A stretch of DNA of 64,000 nucleotides from Heterodontus francisci (lineage: Eukaryota). The translations under genes were made by a program, and so were the position numbers. Of the stretch, positions 47,701 through 62,700 are shown one piece after another; within the stretch, counting starts at the first letter, position 1; each line of letters starts with the position of its first letter. Below the pieces are notes generated by a model. That model was not told where the DNA came from. It saw only the letters and a program-made list of their open reading frames with translations, and did not search any database. The stretch spans positions 66,830,862 through 66,894,861 of the forward strand of contig NC_090399.1 of assembly GCF_036365525.1 (NCBI RefSeq), written 5' to 3'.

Positions 47701-50700
47701 AAGGCACTGTGTTGTGTTGGGTTTATTTCCATGGGCTGTGTGTTGTGTTGGGGTTATTTCCAGGGATCTGTGTTGGTTTGGGGTTTATTTACAGGGGCTC
47801 TGTGTTGTGTTGGAGTTTATTTACAGGGACTCTGTTGTGTTGTGTTGGGGTTTATTTACAGGGGCTCTGAGTTGTGTTGTGTTGGAGTATATTTACAGGG
47901 ACTGTGTGTTGTGTTGGGGTTTATTTACAGGGACTCTGTTGTGTTGCGGTTTATTTACAGGGGCTCTGTGTTGTGTTGGGGTAAATTTACAGGGGCTCTG
48001 TGTTGTGTTGGGGTTTATTTACAGGGAATCTGTTGTGTTGGGGTTTATTTACAGGGGCTCTGTGTTGTTTTGGGGTAAATTTACAGGGGTTCTGTGTTGT
48101 GTTGGGGTTTATTTACAGGGGCTCTGTTGTGTTGGGGTTTATTTACAGGGGCTCTTTGTTGTGTTGTGTTGGGGTTTATTTACAGGGCCTCTGTGTTGTG
48201 TTGGGGTTTATTTACAGGGGCTCTGTGTTGTGTTGTTTTGGGGTTTATTTCCAGGGACTCTGTGTTGTGTTGGGGTTTATTTACAGGGACTCTGTGTTGT
48301 GTTGGGGTTTATTTACAGGGGACCTGTGTTGTGTTGGGGTTTATTTACTGCTGATCTGTGTTGTGTTGTTTTGGGGTTTATTTACAGGGGCTCTGTGATG
48401 TGTTAGGGTTTATTTACAGGGACTCTGTTGTGTTGGGGTTTATTTACACGGGCTCTGTGTTGTGTTGTGGTTTATTATCAGGGGTTCTGTGTTGTGTTGG
48501 GGTTTATTTACAGGGGCTCTGTGTTGTGTTGTGTTGGAGTTTATTTACAGGGACTCTGTTGTGTTGGGGTTTATTTACAGGGGCTCTCTGTTGTGTTGGG
48601 GTTTATTTACAGGGGCTCTGTGTTGTGTTGTGGTTTATTCACAGAGACTCTGTGTTGTGTTGGTGTTTATTTACAGGGGCTCTGTGTTGTGTTGTTTTGG
48701 GGTTTATTTACAGGGGCTCAGTGTTGTGTTGTGTTTTTTTTTACAGGGACTCTGTGTTGTGTTGTGTTGGGGTTTATTTACAGGGGCTCTGTGTTGTGTT
48801 GTTTTGGGGTTTATTTACAGGGGCTCTGTGTTGCGTTGGGGTTTATTTACAGGGACTCTGTTGTGTTGGGGTTTATTTACAGGGGCTCTGTGTTGTGTTG
48901 TGTTGGGGTTTATTTACAGGGGCTCTGTGTTGTGTTGGGGTTTCTTTACAGGGGCTCTGTGTTGTGCTGTTATGGGGTTTATTTACAGGGGCTCTGTTTT
49001 GTGTTGTGTTGGTCATTATTTACAGGGGCTCTGTGTTGTGTTGGGGTTTATTTACAGGGGCTCTGTGTTGTGTTGTTTTGGGGTTTATTTACAGGAGCTC
49101 TGTTTTGTGTTGTGTTGGGGTTTATTTACAGGGGCTCTGTGTTGTGTTGGGGTTTATTTACAGGGACTCTGTGTTGTGTTGTTTTGGGGTTTATTTACAG
49201 GGGCTCTGTGTTGTGTTGTGTTGGGGTTTATTTACAGGGGCTCTGTGTTGTGTTGGGGTTTCTTTACAGGGGCTCTGTGTTGTGCTGTTATGGGGTTTAT
49301 TTACAGGGGCTCTGTTTTGTGTTGTGTTGGTCATTATTTACAGGGGCTCTGTGTTGTGTTGGGGTTTATTTACAGGGGCTCTGTGTTGTGTTGTTTTGGG
49401 GTTTATTTACAGGAGCTCTGTTTTGTGTTGTGTTGCGGTTTATTTACAGGGGCTCTGTGTTGTGTTGGGGTTTATTTACAGGGACTCTGTGTTGTGTTGT
49501 TTTGGGGTTTATTTACAGGGGCTCTGTGTTGTGTTGGGGTTTATTTACAGGGACTCTGTTGTGTTGGGGTTTATTTACAGGGGCTCTGTGTTGTGTTGTT
49601 TTGGGGTTTATTTACAGGGGCTCTGTTTTGTGTTGTGTTGGGGTTTATTGACAGGGGCTCTGTGTTGTGTTGTTCTGGGGTTTATTTACAGGGGCTCTGT
49701 GTTGCGTTGGGGTTTATTTACAGGGACTCTGTTGTGTTGGGGTTTATTTACAGGGGCTCTGTGTTGTTTTGGGGTTTATTTACAGGGACTCTGTTGTGTT
49801 GGGGTTTATTTCCAGGGGCTCTGTGTTGTGTTGTGTTGGGGTTTATTTACAGGGGCTCTTTGTTGTTTTGTGTTGGGGTTTATTTACAGGGGCTCTGTGT
49901 TGTGTTGGGGTTTATTTACAGGGACTCTGCTGTTTTGGGGTATATTTACAGGGGCTCTGTGTTGTGTTGGAGTTTATTTACAGGGACTCTGTGTTGTGTT
50001 GGGATTTATTTACAGGGGATCTGTGTTGTGTTGGGGTTTATTTACCGCTGATCTGTGTTGTGTTGTTTTGGGGTTTATTTACAGGGGCTCTGTGATGTGT
50101 TGGGGTTTATTTACAGGGACTCCGATGTATTGGGGTTGATTTACAGTGGCTCTGTGTTGTGTTGTGGTTAATTATCAGGGGTTCTGTGTTGTATTGGGGT
50201 TTATTTACAGGGGCTCTGTGTTGTGTTGTGTTGGAGTTTATTTACAGGGACTCTGTTGTGTTGAGGTTTATTTACAGGGGCTCTCTGTTGTGTTGGGGTT
50301 TATTTACAGGGGCTCTGTGTTGTGTTGTTTTGGGGTTTATTTACAGGAGCTCAGTGTTGTGTTGTGTTGGGGTCTATTTACAGGGACTCTGTGTTGTGTT
50401 GGGGTTTATTTACAGGGGACCTGTGTTGTGTTGGGGTTTATTTACTGCTGATCTGTGTTGTGTTGTGTTGGGGTTTATTTACAGGGACTCTGTTGTGTTG
50501 GGGTTTATTTACAGGGGCTCTGTTTTGTGTTTTGTTGGGGTTTATTTACAGGGGCTCTGTGTTGTGTTGTTTTGGGGTATATTTACAGGGGCTCTGTGTT
50601 GTGTTGTGTTGGGGTCTATTTACAGGGACTCTGTGTTGTGTTGGGGTTTATTTACAGGGGACCTGTGTTGTGTTGGGGTTTATTTACTGCTGATCTGTGT

Positions 50701-53700
50701 TGTGTTGTTTTGGGGTTTATTTACAGGGGCTCTGTGATGTGTTGGGGTTTATTTACAGGGACTCTGTTGTGTTGGGGTTTATTTACAGGGGCTCTGTGTT
50801 GTGTTGTGGTTAATTATCAGGGGTTCTGTGTTGTGTTGGGGTTTATTTACAGGGGCTCTGTGTTGTGTTGTGTTGGAGTTTATTTACAGGGACTCTGTTG
50901 TGTTGGGGTTTATTTACAGGGGCTCTCTGTTGTGTTGGGGTTTATTTACAGGGGCTCTGTGTTGTGTTGTGGTTTATTCACAGAGACTCTGTGTTGTGTT
51001 GGGGTTTATTTACAGGGGCTCTGTGTTGTGTTGTTTTGGGGTTTATTTACAGGGGCTCAGTGTTGTGTTGGGGTTTTTTTTACAGGGACTCTGTGTTGTG
51101 TTGTGTTGGGGTTTATTTACAGGGGCTCTGTGTTGTGTTGTTTTGGGGTTTATTTCCAGGGGCTCTGTGTTGCGTTGGGGTTTATTTACAGGGTCTCTGT
51201 TGTGTTGGGGTTTATTTACAGGGGCTCTGTGTTGTGTTGTGTTGGGGTTTATTTACAGGGGCTCTGTGTTGTGTTGGGGTTTATTTACAGGGGCTCTGTG
51301 TTGTGTTGTTATGGGGTTTATTTACAGGGGCTCTGTTTTGTGTTGTGTTGGTCATTATTTACAGGGGCTCTGTGTTGTGTTGGGGTTTATTTACAGGGGC
51401 TCTGTGTTGTGTTGTTTTGGGGTTTATTTACAGGGGCTCTGTGTTGTGTTGTGGTTTATTTACAGGGGCTCTGTGTTGTGTTGGGGTTTATTTACAGGGA
51501 CTCTGTTGTGTTGGGGTTTATTTACATGGGCTCTGTGTTGTGTTGTTTTGGGGTTTATTTACAGGGGCTCTGTGTTGTGTTGGGGTTTATTTACAGGGAC
51601 TCTGTTGTGTTGGGGTTTATTTACAGGGACTCTGTTGTGTTGGGGTTTATTTACAGGGGCTCTGTGTTGTGTTGTGGTTTATTTACAGGGGCTCTGTGTT
51701 GTGTTGGGGTTTATTTACAGGGACTCTGTTGTGTTGGGGTTTATTTACAGGGGCTCTGTTTTGTGTTGTGTTGGGGTTTATTTACAGGGGCTCTGTGTTG
51801 TGTTGTTTTGGGGTATATTTACAGGGGCTCTGTGTTGTGTTGTGTTGGGGTTTATTTACAGGGGCTCTGTGTTGTTTTGGGGTTTATTTACAAAGGCACT
51901 GTGTTGTGTTGGGTTTATTTCCATGGGCTGTGTGTTGTGTTGGGGTTATTTCCAGGGATCTGTGTTGGTTTGGGGTTTATTTACAGGGGCTCTGTGTTGT
52001 GTTGGAGTTTATTTACAGGGACTCTGTTGTGTTGTGTTGGGGTTTATTTACAGGGGCTCTGAGTTGTGTTGTGTTGGAGTATATTTACAGGGACTGTGTG
52101 TTGTGTTGGGGTTTATTTACAGGGACTCTGTTGTGTTGCGGTTTATTTACAGGGGCTCTGTGTTGTGTTGGGGTAAATTTACAGGGGCTCTGTGTTGTGT
52201 TGGGGTTTATTTACAGGGAATCTGTTGTGTTGGGGTTTATTTACAGGGGCTCTGTGTTGTTTTGGGGTAAATTTACAGGGGTTCTGTGTTGTGTTGGGGT
52301 TTATTTACAGGGGCTCTGTTGTGTTGGGGTTTATTTACAGGGGCTCTTTGTTGTGTTGTGTTGGGGTTTATTTACAGGGCCTCTGTGTTGTGTTGGGGTT
52401 TATTTACAGGGGCTCTGTGTTGTGTTGTTTTGGGGTTTATTTCCAGGGACTCTGTGTTGTGTTGGGGTTTATTTACAGGGACTCTGCTGTTTTGGGGTCT
52501 ATTTACAGGGGCTCTGTGTTGTGTTGGAGTTTATTTACAGGGACTCTGTGTTGTGTTGGGGTTTATTTACAGGGGACCTGTGTTGTGTTGGGGTTTATTT
52601 ACTGCTGATCTGTGTTGTGTTGTTTTGGGGTTTATTTACAGGGGCTCTGTGATGTGTTAGGGTTTATTTACAGGGACTCTGTTGTGTTGGGGTTTATTTA
52701 CAGGGGCTCTGTGTTGTGTTGTGGTTTATTATCAGGGGTTCTGTGTTGTGTTGGGGTTTATTTACAGGGGCTCTGTGTTGTGTTGTGTTGGAGTTTATTT
52801 ACAGGGACTCTGTTGTGTTGGGGTTTATTTACAGGGGCTCTCTGTTGTGTTGGGGTTTATTTACAGGGGCTCTGTGTTGTGTTGTGGTTTATTCACAGAG
52901 ACTCTGTGTTGTGTTGGTGTTTATTTACAGGGGCTCTGTGTTGTGTTGTTTTGGGGTTTATTTACAGGGGCTCTGTGTTGTGTTGGGGTTTCTTTACAGG
53001 GGCTCTGTGTTGTGCTGTTATGGGGTTTATTTACAGGGGCTCTGTTTTGTGTTGTGTTGGTCATTATTTACAGGGGCTCTGTGTTGTGTTGGGGTTTATT
53101 TACAGGGGCTCTGTGTTGTGTTGTTTTGGGGTTTATTTACAGGAGCTCTGTTTTGTGTTGTGTTGGGGTTTATTTACAGGGGCTCTGTGTTGTGTTGCGG
53201 TTTATTTACAGGGGCTCTGTGTTGTGTTGGGGTTTATTTACAGGGACTCTGTGTTGTGTTGTTTTGGGGTTTATTTACAGGGACTCTGTTGTGTTGGGGT
53301 TTATTTACAGGGGCTCTGTGTTGTGTTGTTTTGGGGTTTATTTACAGGGGCTCTGTTTTGTGTTGTGTTGGGGTTTATTTACAGGGGCTCTGTGTTGTGT
53401 TGTTCTGGGGTTTATTTACAGGGGCTCTGTGTTGCGTTGGGGTTTATTTACAGGGACTCTGTTGTGTTGGGGTTTATTTACAGGGGCTCTGTGTTGTTTT
53501 GGGGTTTATTTACAGGGACTCTGTTGTGTTGGGGTTTATTTCCAGGGGCTCTGTGTTGTGTTGTGTTGGGGTTTATTTACAGGGGCTCTTTGTTGTTTTG
53601 TGTTGGGGTTTATTTACAGGGGCTCTGTGTTGTGTTGGGGTTTATTTACAGGGGCTCTGTGTTGTGTTGTTTTGGGGTTTATTTCCAGGGACTCTGTGTT

Positions 53701-56700
53701 GTGTTGGGGTTTATTTACAGGGACTCTGCTGTTTTGGGGTATATTTACAGGGGCTCTGTGTTGTGTTGGAGTTTATTTACAGGGACTCTGTGTTGTGTTG
53801 GGATTTATTTACAGGGGATCTGTGTTGTGTTGGGGTTTATTTACTGCTGATCTGTGTTGTGTTGTTTTGGGGTTTATTTACAGGGGCTCTGTGATGTGTT
53901 GGGGTTTATTTACAGGGACTCCGATGTATTGGGGTTGATTTACAGTGGCTCTGTGTTGTGTTGTGGTTAATTATCAGGGGTTCTGTGTTGTATTGGGGTT
54001 TATTTACAGGGGCTCTGTGTTGTGTTGTGTTGGAGTTTATTTACAGGGACTCTGTTGTGTTGAGGTTTATTTACAGGGGCTCTCTGTTGTGTTGGGGTTT
54101 ATTTACAGGGGCTCTGTGTTGTGTTGTTTTGGGGTTTATTTACAGGAGCTCAGTGTTGTGTTGGGGTTTTTTGTACAGGGACTCTGTGTTGTGTTGGGGT
54201 TTATTTACAGGGACTCTGTTTTGTGTTGTGTTGGGGTTTATTTACAGGGGCTCTGTGTTGTGTTGTTTTGGGGTTTATTTACAGGGGCTCTGTGTTGCGT
54301 TGGGGTTTATTTACAGGGACTCTGTTGTGTTGGGGTTTATTTACAGGGGCTCTGTGTTGTGTTGTGTTGGGGTTTATTGACAGGGGCTCTGTGTTGTGTT
54401 GGGGTTTATTTACAGGGGCTCTGTGTTGTGTTGTTATGGGCTTTATTTTCAGGGGCTCTGTTTTGTGTTGTGTTGGTCATTATTTACAGGGGCTCTGTTT
54501 TGTGTTGTGTTGGGGTTTATTTACAGGGGCTCTGTTGTGTTGGGGTTTATTTACAGGGGCTCTTTGTTGTGTTGTGTTGGGGTTTATTTACAGGGGCTCT
54601 GTGTTGTGTTAGGGTTTATTTACAGGGGCTCTGTGTTGTGTTGTTTTGGGGTTTATTTCCAGGGACTCTGTGTTGTGTTGGGGTTTATTTACAGGGACTC
54701 TGCTGTTTTGGGGTCTATTTACAGGGGCTCTGTGTTGTGTTGGAGTTTATTTACAGGGACTCTGTGTTGTGTTGGGGTTTATTTACAGGGGACCTGTGTT
54801 GTTTTGGGGTTTATTTACAGGGACTCTGTGATGTGTTGGGGTTTATTTACAGGGACTCTGTTGTGTTGGGGTTTATTTACAGGGGCTCTGTGTTGTGTTG
54901 TGGTTAATTATCAGGGGTTCTGTGTTGTGTTGGGGTTTATTTACAGGGGCTCTGTGTTGTGTTGTGTTGGAGTTTATTTACAGGGACTCTGTTGTGTTGG
55001 GGTTTATTTACAGGGGCTCTCTGTTGTGTTGGGGTTTATTTACAGGGGCTCTGTGTTGTGTTGTGGTTTATTCACAGAGACTCTGTGTTGTGTTGGTGTT
55101 TATTTACAGGGCTCTGTGTTGTGTTTTTTGGGGGTTTATTTACAGGGGCTCAGTGTTGTGTTGGGGTTTTTTTTTACAGGGACTCTGTGTTGTGTTGGGG
55201 TTTATTTACAGGGGCTCTTTGTTGTGTTGTGTTGGGGTTTATTTACAGGGGCTCTGTGTTGTGTTGGGGTTTATTTACAAGGGCTCTGTGTTGTGTTGTG
55301 TTGGGGTTTATTTACAGGGGCTCTCTGTTGTGTTGGGGTTTATTTGCAGGGGCTCTGTGTTGTGTTGTGGTTTATTCACAGAGACTCTGTGTTGTGTTGG
55401 TGTTTATTTACAGGGGCTCTGTGTTGTGTTGTTTTGGGGTTTATTAACAGGGGCTCTGTTTTGTGTTGTGTTGGGGTTTATTTACAGGGGCTCTGTGTTG
55501 TGTTGGGGTTTATTTACAGGGACTCTGTTGTGTTGGGGTTTATTTACAGGGGCTCTTTGTTGTTTTGTGTTGGGGTTTATTTACAGGGGCTCTGTGTTGT
55601 GTTGGGGTTTATTTACAGGGGCTCTGTGTTGTGTTGTTTTGGGGTTTATTTCCAGGGACTCTGTGTTGTGTTGGGGTTTATTTACAGGGACCCTGCTGTT
55701 TTGGGGTATATTTACAGGGGCTCTGTGTTGTGTTGGAGTTTATTTACAGGGACTCTGTGTTGTGTTGGGATTTATTTACAGGGGATCTGTGTTGTGTTGG
55801 GGTTTATTTACAGGGACTCCGATGTATTGGGGTTGATTTACACTGGCTCTGTGTTGTGTTGTGGTTAATTATCAGGGGTTCTGTGTTGTGTTGGGGTTTA
55901 TTTACAGGGGCTCTGTGTTGTGTTGTGTTGGAGTTTATTTACTGCTGATCTGTGTTGTGTTGTTTTGGGGTTTATTTACAGGGGCTCTGTGATGTGTTGG
56001 GGTTTATTTACAGGGACTCCGATGTATTGGGGTTGATTTACAGTGGCTCTGTGTTGTGTTGTGGTTAATTATCAGGGGCTCTGTGTTGTGTTGGGGTTTA
56101 TTTACAGGGGCTCTGTGTTGTGTTGTGTTGGAGTTTATTTACAGGGACTCTGTTGTGTTGAGGTTTATTTACAGGGGCTCTCTGTTGTGTTGGGGTTTAT
56201 TTACAGGGGCTCTGTGTTGTGTTGTTTTGGGGTTTATTTACAGGAGCTCAGTGTTGTGTTGGGGTTTTTTGTACAGGGACTCTGTGTTGTGTTGGGGTTT
56301 ATTTACAGGGACTCTGTTTTGTGTTGTGTTGGGGTTTATTTACAGGGGCTCTGTGTTGCGTTGGGGTTTATTTACAGGGACTCTGTTGTGTTGGGGTTTA
56401 TTTACAGGGGCTCTGTGTTGTGTTGTGTTGGGGTTTATTTACAGGGGCTCTGTGTTGTGTTGGGGTTTATTTACAGGGGCTCTGTGTTGTGTTGTTATGG
56501 GCTTTATTTTCAGGGGCTCTGTTTTGTGTTGTGTTGGTCATTATTTACAGGGGCTCTGTGTTGTGTTGGGGTTTATTTACAGGGTCTCTGTGTTGTGTTG
56601 TTTTGGGGTTTATTTACAGGGGCTCTGTTTTGTGTTGTGTTGGGGTTTATTTACAGGGGCTCTGTTGTGTTGGGGTTTATTTACAGGGGCTCTTTGTTGT

Positions 56701-59700
56701 GTTGTGTTGGGGTTTATTTACAGGGGCTCTGTGTTGTGTTGGGGTTTATTTACAGGGGCTCTGTGTTGTGTTGTTTTGGGGTTTATTTCCAGGGACTCTG
56801 TGTTGTGTTGGGGTTTATTTACAGGGACTCTGCTGTTTTGGGGTCTATTTACAGGGGCTCTGTGTTGTGTTGGAGTTTATTTACAGGGACTCTGTGTTGT
56901 GTTGGGGTTTATTTACAGGGGACCTGTGTTGTTTTGGGGTTTATTTACAGGGACTCTGTGATGTGTTGGGGTTTATTTACAGGGACTCTGTTGTGTTGGG
57001 GTTTATTTACAGGGGCTCTGTGTTGTGTTGTGGTTAATTATCAGGGGTTCTGTGTTGTGTTGGGGTTTATTTACAGGGGCTCTGTGATGTGTTGGGGTTT
57101 ATTTACAGGGACTCTGTTGTGTTGGGGTTTATTTACAGGGGCTCTGTGTTGTGTTGTGGTTAATTATCAGGGGTTCTGTGTTGTGTTGGGGTTTATTTAC
57201 AGGGGCTCTGTGTTGTGTTGTGTTGGAGTTTATTTACAGGGACTCTGTTGTGTTGGGGTTTATTTACAGGGGCTCTCTGTTGTGTTGGGGTTTATTTACA
57301 GGGGCTCTGTGTTGTGTTGTGGTTTATTCACAGAGACTCTGTGTTGTGTTGGGGTTTATTTACAGGGGCTCTGTGTTGTGTTGTTTTGGGGTTTATTTAC
57401 AGGGGCTCAGAGTTGTGTTGGGGTTTTTTTTACAGGGACTCTGTGTTGTGTTGTGTTGGGGTTTATTTACAGGGGCTCTGTGTTGTGTTGTTTTGGGGTT
57501 TATTTCCAGGGGCTCTGTGTTGCGTTGGGGTTTATTTACAGGGTCTCTGTTGTGTTGGGGTTTATTTACAGGGGCTCTGTGTTGTGTTGTGTTGGGGTTT
57601 ATTTACAGGGGCTCTGTGTTGTGTTGGGGTTTATTTACAGGGGCTCTGTGTTGTGTTGTTATGGGGTTTATTTACAGGGGCTCTGTTTTGTGTTGTGTTG
57701 GTCATTATTTACAGGGGCTCTGTGTTGTGTTGGGGTTTATTTACAGGGGCTCTGTGTTGTGTTGTTTTGGGGTTTATTTACAGGGGCTCTGTGTTGTGTT
57801 GTGGTTTATTTACAGGGGCTCTGTGTTGTGTTGGGGTTTATTTACAGGGACTCTGTTGTGTTGGGGTTTATTTACATGGGCTCTGTGTTGTGTTGTTTTG
57901 GGGTTTATTTACAGGGGCTCTGTGTTGTGTTGGGGTTTATTTACAGGGACTCTGTTGTGTTGGGGTTTATTTACAGGGACTCTGTTGTGTTGGGGTTTAT
58001 TTACAGGGGCTCTGTGTTGTGTTGTGGTTTATTTACAGGGGCTCTGTGTTGTGTTGGGGTTTATTTACAGGGACTCTGTTGTGTTGGGGTTTATTTACAG
58101 GGGCTCTGTTTTGTGTTGTGTTGGGGTTTATTTACAGGGGCTCTGTGTTGTGTTGTTTTGGGGTATATTTACAGGGGCTCTGTGTTGTGTTGTGTTGGGG
58201 TCTATTTACAGGGACTCTGTGTTGTGTTGGGGTTTATTTACAGGGGACCTGTGTTGTGTTGGGGTTTATTTACTGCTGATCTGTGTTGTGTTGTTTTGGG
58301 GTTTATTTACAGGGGCTCTGTGATGTGTTGGGGTTTATTTACAGGGACTCTGTTGTGTTGGGGTTTATTTACAGGGGCTCTGTGTTGTGTTGTGGTTAAT
58401 TATCAGGGGTTCTGTGTTGTGTTGGGGTTTATTTACAGGGGCTCTGTGTTGTGTTGTGTTGGAGTTTATTTACAGGGACTCTGTTGTGTTGGGGTTTATT
58501 TACAGGGGCTCTCTGTTGTGTTGGGGTTTATTTACAGGGGCTCTGTGTTGTGTTGTGGTTTATTCACAGAGACTCTGTGTTGTGTTGGGGTTTATTTACA
58601 GGGGCTCTGTGTTGTGTTGTTTTGGGGTTTATTTACAGGGGCTCAGTGTTGTGTTGGGGTTTTCTTTACAGGGACTCTGTGTTGTGTTGTGTTGGGGTTT
58701 ATTTACAGGGGCTCTGTGTTGTGTTGTTTTGGGGTTTATTTCCAGGGGCTCTGTGTTGCGTTGGGGTTTATTTACAGGGTCTCTGTTGTGTTGGGGTTTA
58801 TTTACAGGGGCTCTGTGTTGTGTTGTGTTGGGGTTTATTTACAGGGGCTCTGTGTTGTGTTGGGGTTTATTTACAGGGGCTCTGTGTTGTGTTGTTATGG
58901 GGTTTATTTACAGGGGCTCTGTTTTGTGTTGTGTTGGTCATTATTTACAGGGGCTCTGTGTTGTGTTGGGGTTTATTTACAGGGGCTCTGTGTTGTGTTG
59001 TTTTGGGGTTTATTTACAGGGGCTCTGTGTTGTGTTGTGGTTTATTTACAGGGGCTCTGTGTTGTGTTGGGGTTTATTTACAGGGACTCTGTTGTGTTGG
59101 GGTTTATTTACATGGGCTCTGTGTTGTGTTGTTTTGGGGTTTATTTACAGGGGCTCTGTGTTGTGTTGGGGTTTATTTACAGGGACTCTGTTGTGTTGGG
59201 GTTTATTTACAGGGACTCTGTTGTGTTGGGGTTTATTTACAGGGGCTCTGTGTTGTGTTGTGGTTTATTTACACGGGCTCTGTGTTGTGTTGGGGTTTAG
59301 TTACAGGGACTCTGTTGTGTTGGGGTTTATTTACAGGGGCTCTGTTTTGTGTTGTGTTGGGGTTTATTTACAGGGGCTCTGTGTTGTGTTGTTTTGGGGT
59401 ATATTTACAGGGGCTCTGTGTTGTGTTGTGTTGGGGTTTATTTACAGGGGCTCTGTGTTGTTTTGGGGTTTATTTACAAAGGCACTGTGTTGTGTTGGGT
59501 TTATTTCCATGGGCTGTGTGTTGTGTTGGGGTTATTTCCAGGGATCTGTGTTGGTTTGGGGTTTATTTACAGGGGCTCTGTGTTGTGTTGGAGTTTATTT
59601 ACAGGGACTCTGTTGTGTTGTGTTGGGGTTTATTTACAGGGGCTCTGAGTTGTGTTGTGTTGGAGTATATTTACAGTGACTGTGTGTTGTGTTGGGGTTT

Positions 59701-62700
59701 ATTTACAGGGACTCTGTTGTGTTGCGGTTTATTTACAGGGGCTCTGTGTTGTGTTGGGGTAAATTTACAGGGGCTCTGTGTTGTGTTGGGGTTTATTTAC
59801 AGGGAATCTGTTGTGTTGGGGTTTATTTACAGGGGCTCTGTGTTGTTTTGGGGTAAATTTACAGGGGTTCTGTGTTGTGTTGGGGTTTATTTACAGGGGC
59901 TCTGTTGTGTTGGGGTTTATTTACAGGGGCTCTTTGTTGTGTTGTGTTGGGGTTTATTTACAGGGCCTCTGTGTTGTGTTGGGGTTTATTTACAGGGGCT
60001 CTGTGTTGTGTTGTTTTGGGGTTTATTTCCAGGGACTCTGTGTTGTGTTGGGGTTTATTTACAGGGACTCTGCTGTTTTGGGGTCTATTTACAGGGGCTC
60101 TGTGTTGTGTTGGAGTTTATTTACAGGGACTCTGTGTTGTGTTGGGGTTTATTTACTGCTGATCTGTGTTGTGTTGTTTTGGGGTTTATTTACAGGGGCT
60201 CTGTGATGTGTTAGGGTTTATTTACAGGGACTCTGTTGTGTTGGGGTTTATTTACACGGGCTCTGTGTTGTGTTGTGGTTTATTATCAGGGGTTCTGTGT
60301 TGTGTTGGGGTTTATTTACAGGGGCTCTGTGTTGTGTTGTGTTGGAGTTTATTTACAGGGACTCTGTTGTGTTGGGGTTTATTTACAGGGGCTCTCTGTT
60401 GTGTTGGGGTTTATTTACAGGGGCTCTGTGTTGTGTTGTGGTTTATTCACAGAGACTCTGTGTTGTGTTGGTGTTTATTTACAGGGGCTCTGTGTTGTGT
60501 TGTTTTGGGGTTTATTTACAGGGGCTCAGTGTTGTGTTGTGTTTTTTTTTACAGGGACTCTGTGTTGTGTTGTGTTGGGGTTTATTTACAGGGGCTCTGT
60601 GTTGTGTTGTTTTGGGGTTTATTTACAGGGGCTCTGTGTTGCGTTGGGGTTTATTTACAGGGACTCTGTTGTGTTGGGGTTTATTTACAGGGGCTCTGTG
60701 TTGTGTTGTGTTGGGGTTTATTTACAGGGGCTCTGTGTTGTGTTGGGGTTTCTTTACAGGGGCTCTGTGTTGTGCTGTTATGGGGTTTATTTACAGGGGC
60801 TCTGTTTTGTGTTGTGTTGGTCATTATTTACAGGGGCTCTGTGTTGTGTTGGGGTTTATTTACAGGGGCTCTGTGTTGTGTTGTTTTGGGGTTTATTTAC
60901 AGGAGCTCTGTTTTGTGTTGTGTTGGGGTTTATTTACAGGGGCTCTGTGTTGTGTTGCGGTTTATTTACAGGGGCTCTGTGTTGTGTTGGGGTTTATTTA
61001 CAGGGACTCTGTGTTGTGTTGTTTTGGGGTTTATTTACAGGGGCTCTGTGTTGTGTTGGGGTTTATTTACAGGGACTCTGTTGTGTTGGGGTTTATTTAC
61101 AGGGGCTCTGTGTTGTGTTGTTTTGGGGTTTATTTACAGGGGCTCTGTTTTGTGTTGTGTTGGGGTTTATTTACAGGGGCTCTGTGTTGTGTTGTTCTGG
61201 GGTTTATTTACAGGGGCTCTGTGTTGCGTTGGGGTTTATTTACAGGGACTCTGTTGTGTTGGGGTTTATTTACAGGGGCTCTGTGTTGTTTTGGGGTTTA
61301 TTTACAGGGACTCTGTTGTGTTGGGGTTTATTTCCAGGGGCTCTGTGTTGTGTTGTGTTGGGGTTTATTTACAGGGGCTCTTTGTTGTTTTGTGTTGGGG
61401 TTTATTTACAGGGGCTCTGTGTTGTGTTGGGGTTTATTTACAGGGGCTCTGTGTTGTGTTGTTTTGGGGTTTATTTCCAGGGACTCTGTGTTGTGTTGGG
61501 GTTTATTTACAGGGACTCTGCTGTTTTGGGGTATATTTACAGGGGCTCTGTGTTGTGTTGGAGTTTATTTACAGGGACTCTGTGTTGTGTTGGGATTTAT
61601 TTACAGGGGATCTGTGTTGTGTTGGGGTTTATTTACTGCTGATCTGTGTTGTGTTGTTTTGGGGTTTATTTACAGGGGCTCTGTGATGTGTTGGGGTTTA
61701 TTTACAGGGACTCCGATGTATTGGGGTTGATTTACAGTGGCTCTGTGTTGTGTTGTGGTTAATTATCAGGGGTTCTGTGTTGTATTGGGGTTTATTTACA
61801 GGGGCTCTGTGTTGTGTTGTGTTGGAGTTTATTTACAGGGACTCTCTGTTGTGTTGGGGTTTATTTACAGGGGCTCTGTGTTGTGTTGTTTTGGGGTTTA
61901 TTTACAGGAGCTCAGTGTTGTGTTGTGTTGGGGTCTATTTACAGGGACTCTGTGTTGTGTTGGGGTTTATTTACAGGGGACCTGTGTTGTGTTGGGGTTT
62001 ATTTACTGCTGATCTGTGTTGTGTTGTGTTGGGGTTTATTTACAGGGACTCTGTTGTGTTGGGGTTTATTTACAGGGGCTCTGTTTTGTGTTGTGTTGGG
62101 GTTTATTTACAGGGGTTCTGTGTTGTGTTGTTTTGGGGTATATTTACAGGGGCTCTGTGTTGTGTTGTGTTGGGGTCTATTTACAGGGACTCTGTGTTGT
62201 GTTGGGGTTTATTTACAGGGGACCTGTGTTGTGTTGGGGTTTATTTACTGCTGATCTGTGTTGTGTTGTTTTGGGGTTTATTTACAGGGGCTCTGTGATG
62301 TGTTGGGGTTTATTTACAGGGACTCTGTTGTGTTGGGGTTTATTTACAGGGGCTCTGTGTTGTGTTGTGGTTAATTATCAGGGGTTCTGTGTTGTGTTGG
62401 GGTTTATTTACAGGGGCTCTGTGTTGTGTTGTGTTGGAGTTTATTTACAGGGACTCTGTTGTGTTGGGGTTTATTTACAGGGGCTCTCTGTTGTGTTGGG
62501 GTTTATTTACAGGGGCTCTGTGTTGTGTTGTGGTTTATTCACAGAGACTCTGTGTTGTGTTGGGGTTTATTTACAGGGGCTCTGTGTTGTGTTGTTTTGG
62601 GGTTTATTTACAGGGGCTCAGTGTTGTGTTGGGGTTTTTTTTACAGGGACTCTGTGTTGTGTTGTGTTGGGGTTTATTTACAGGGGCTCTGTGTTGTGTT

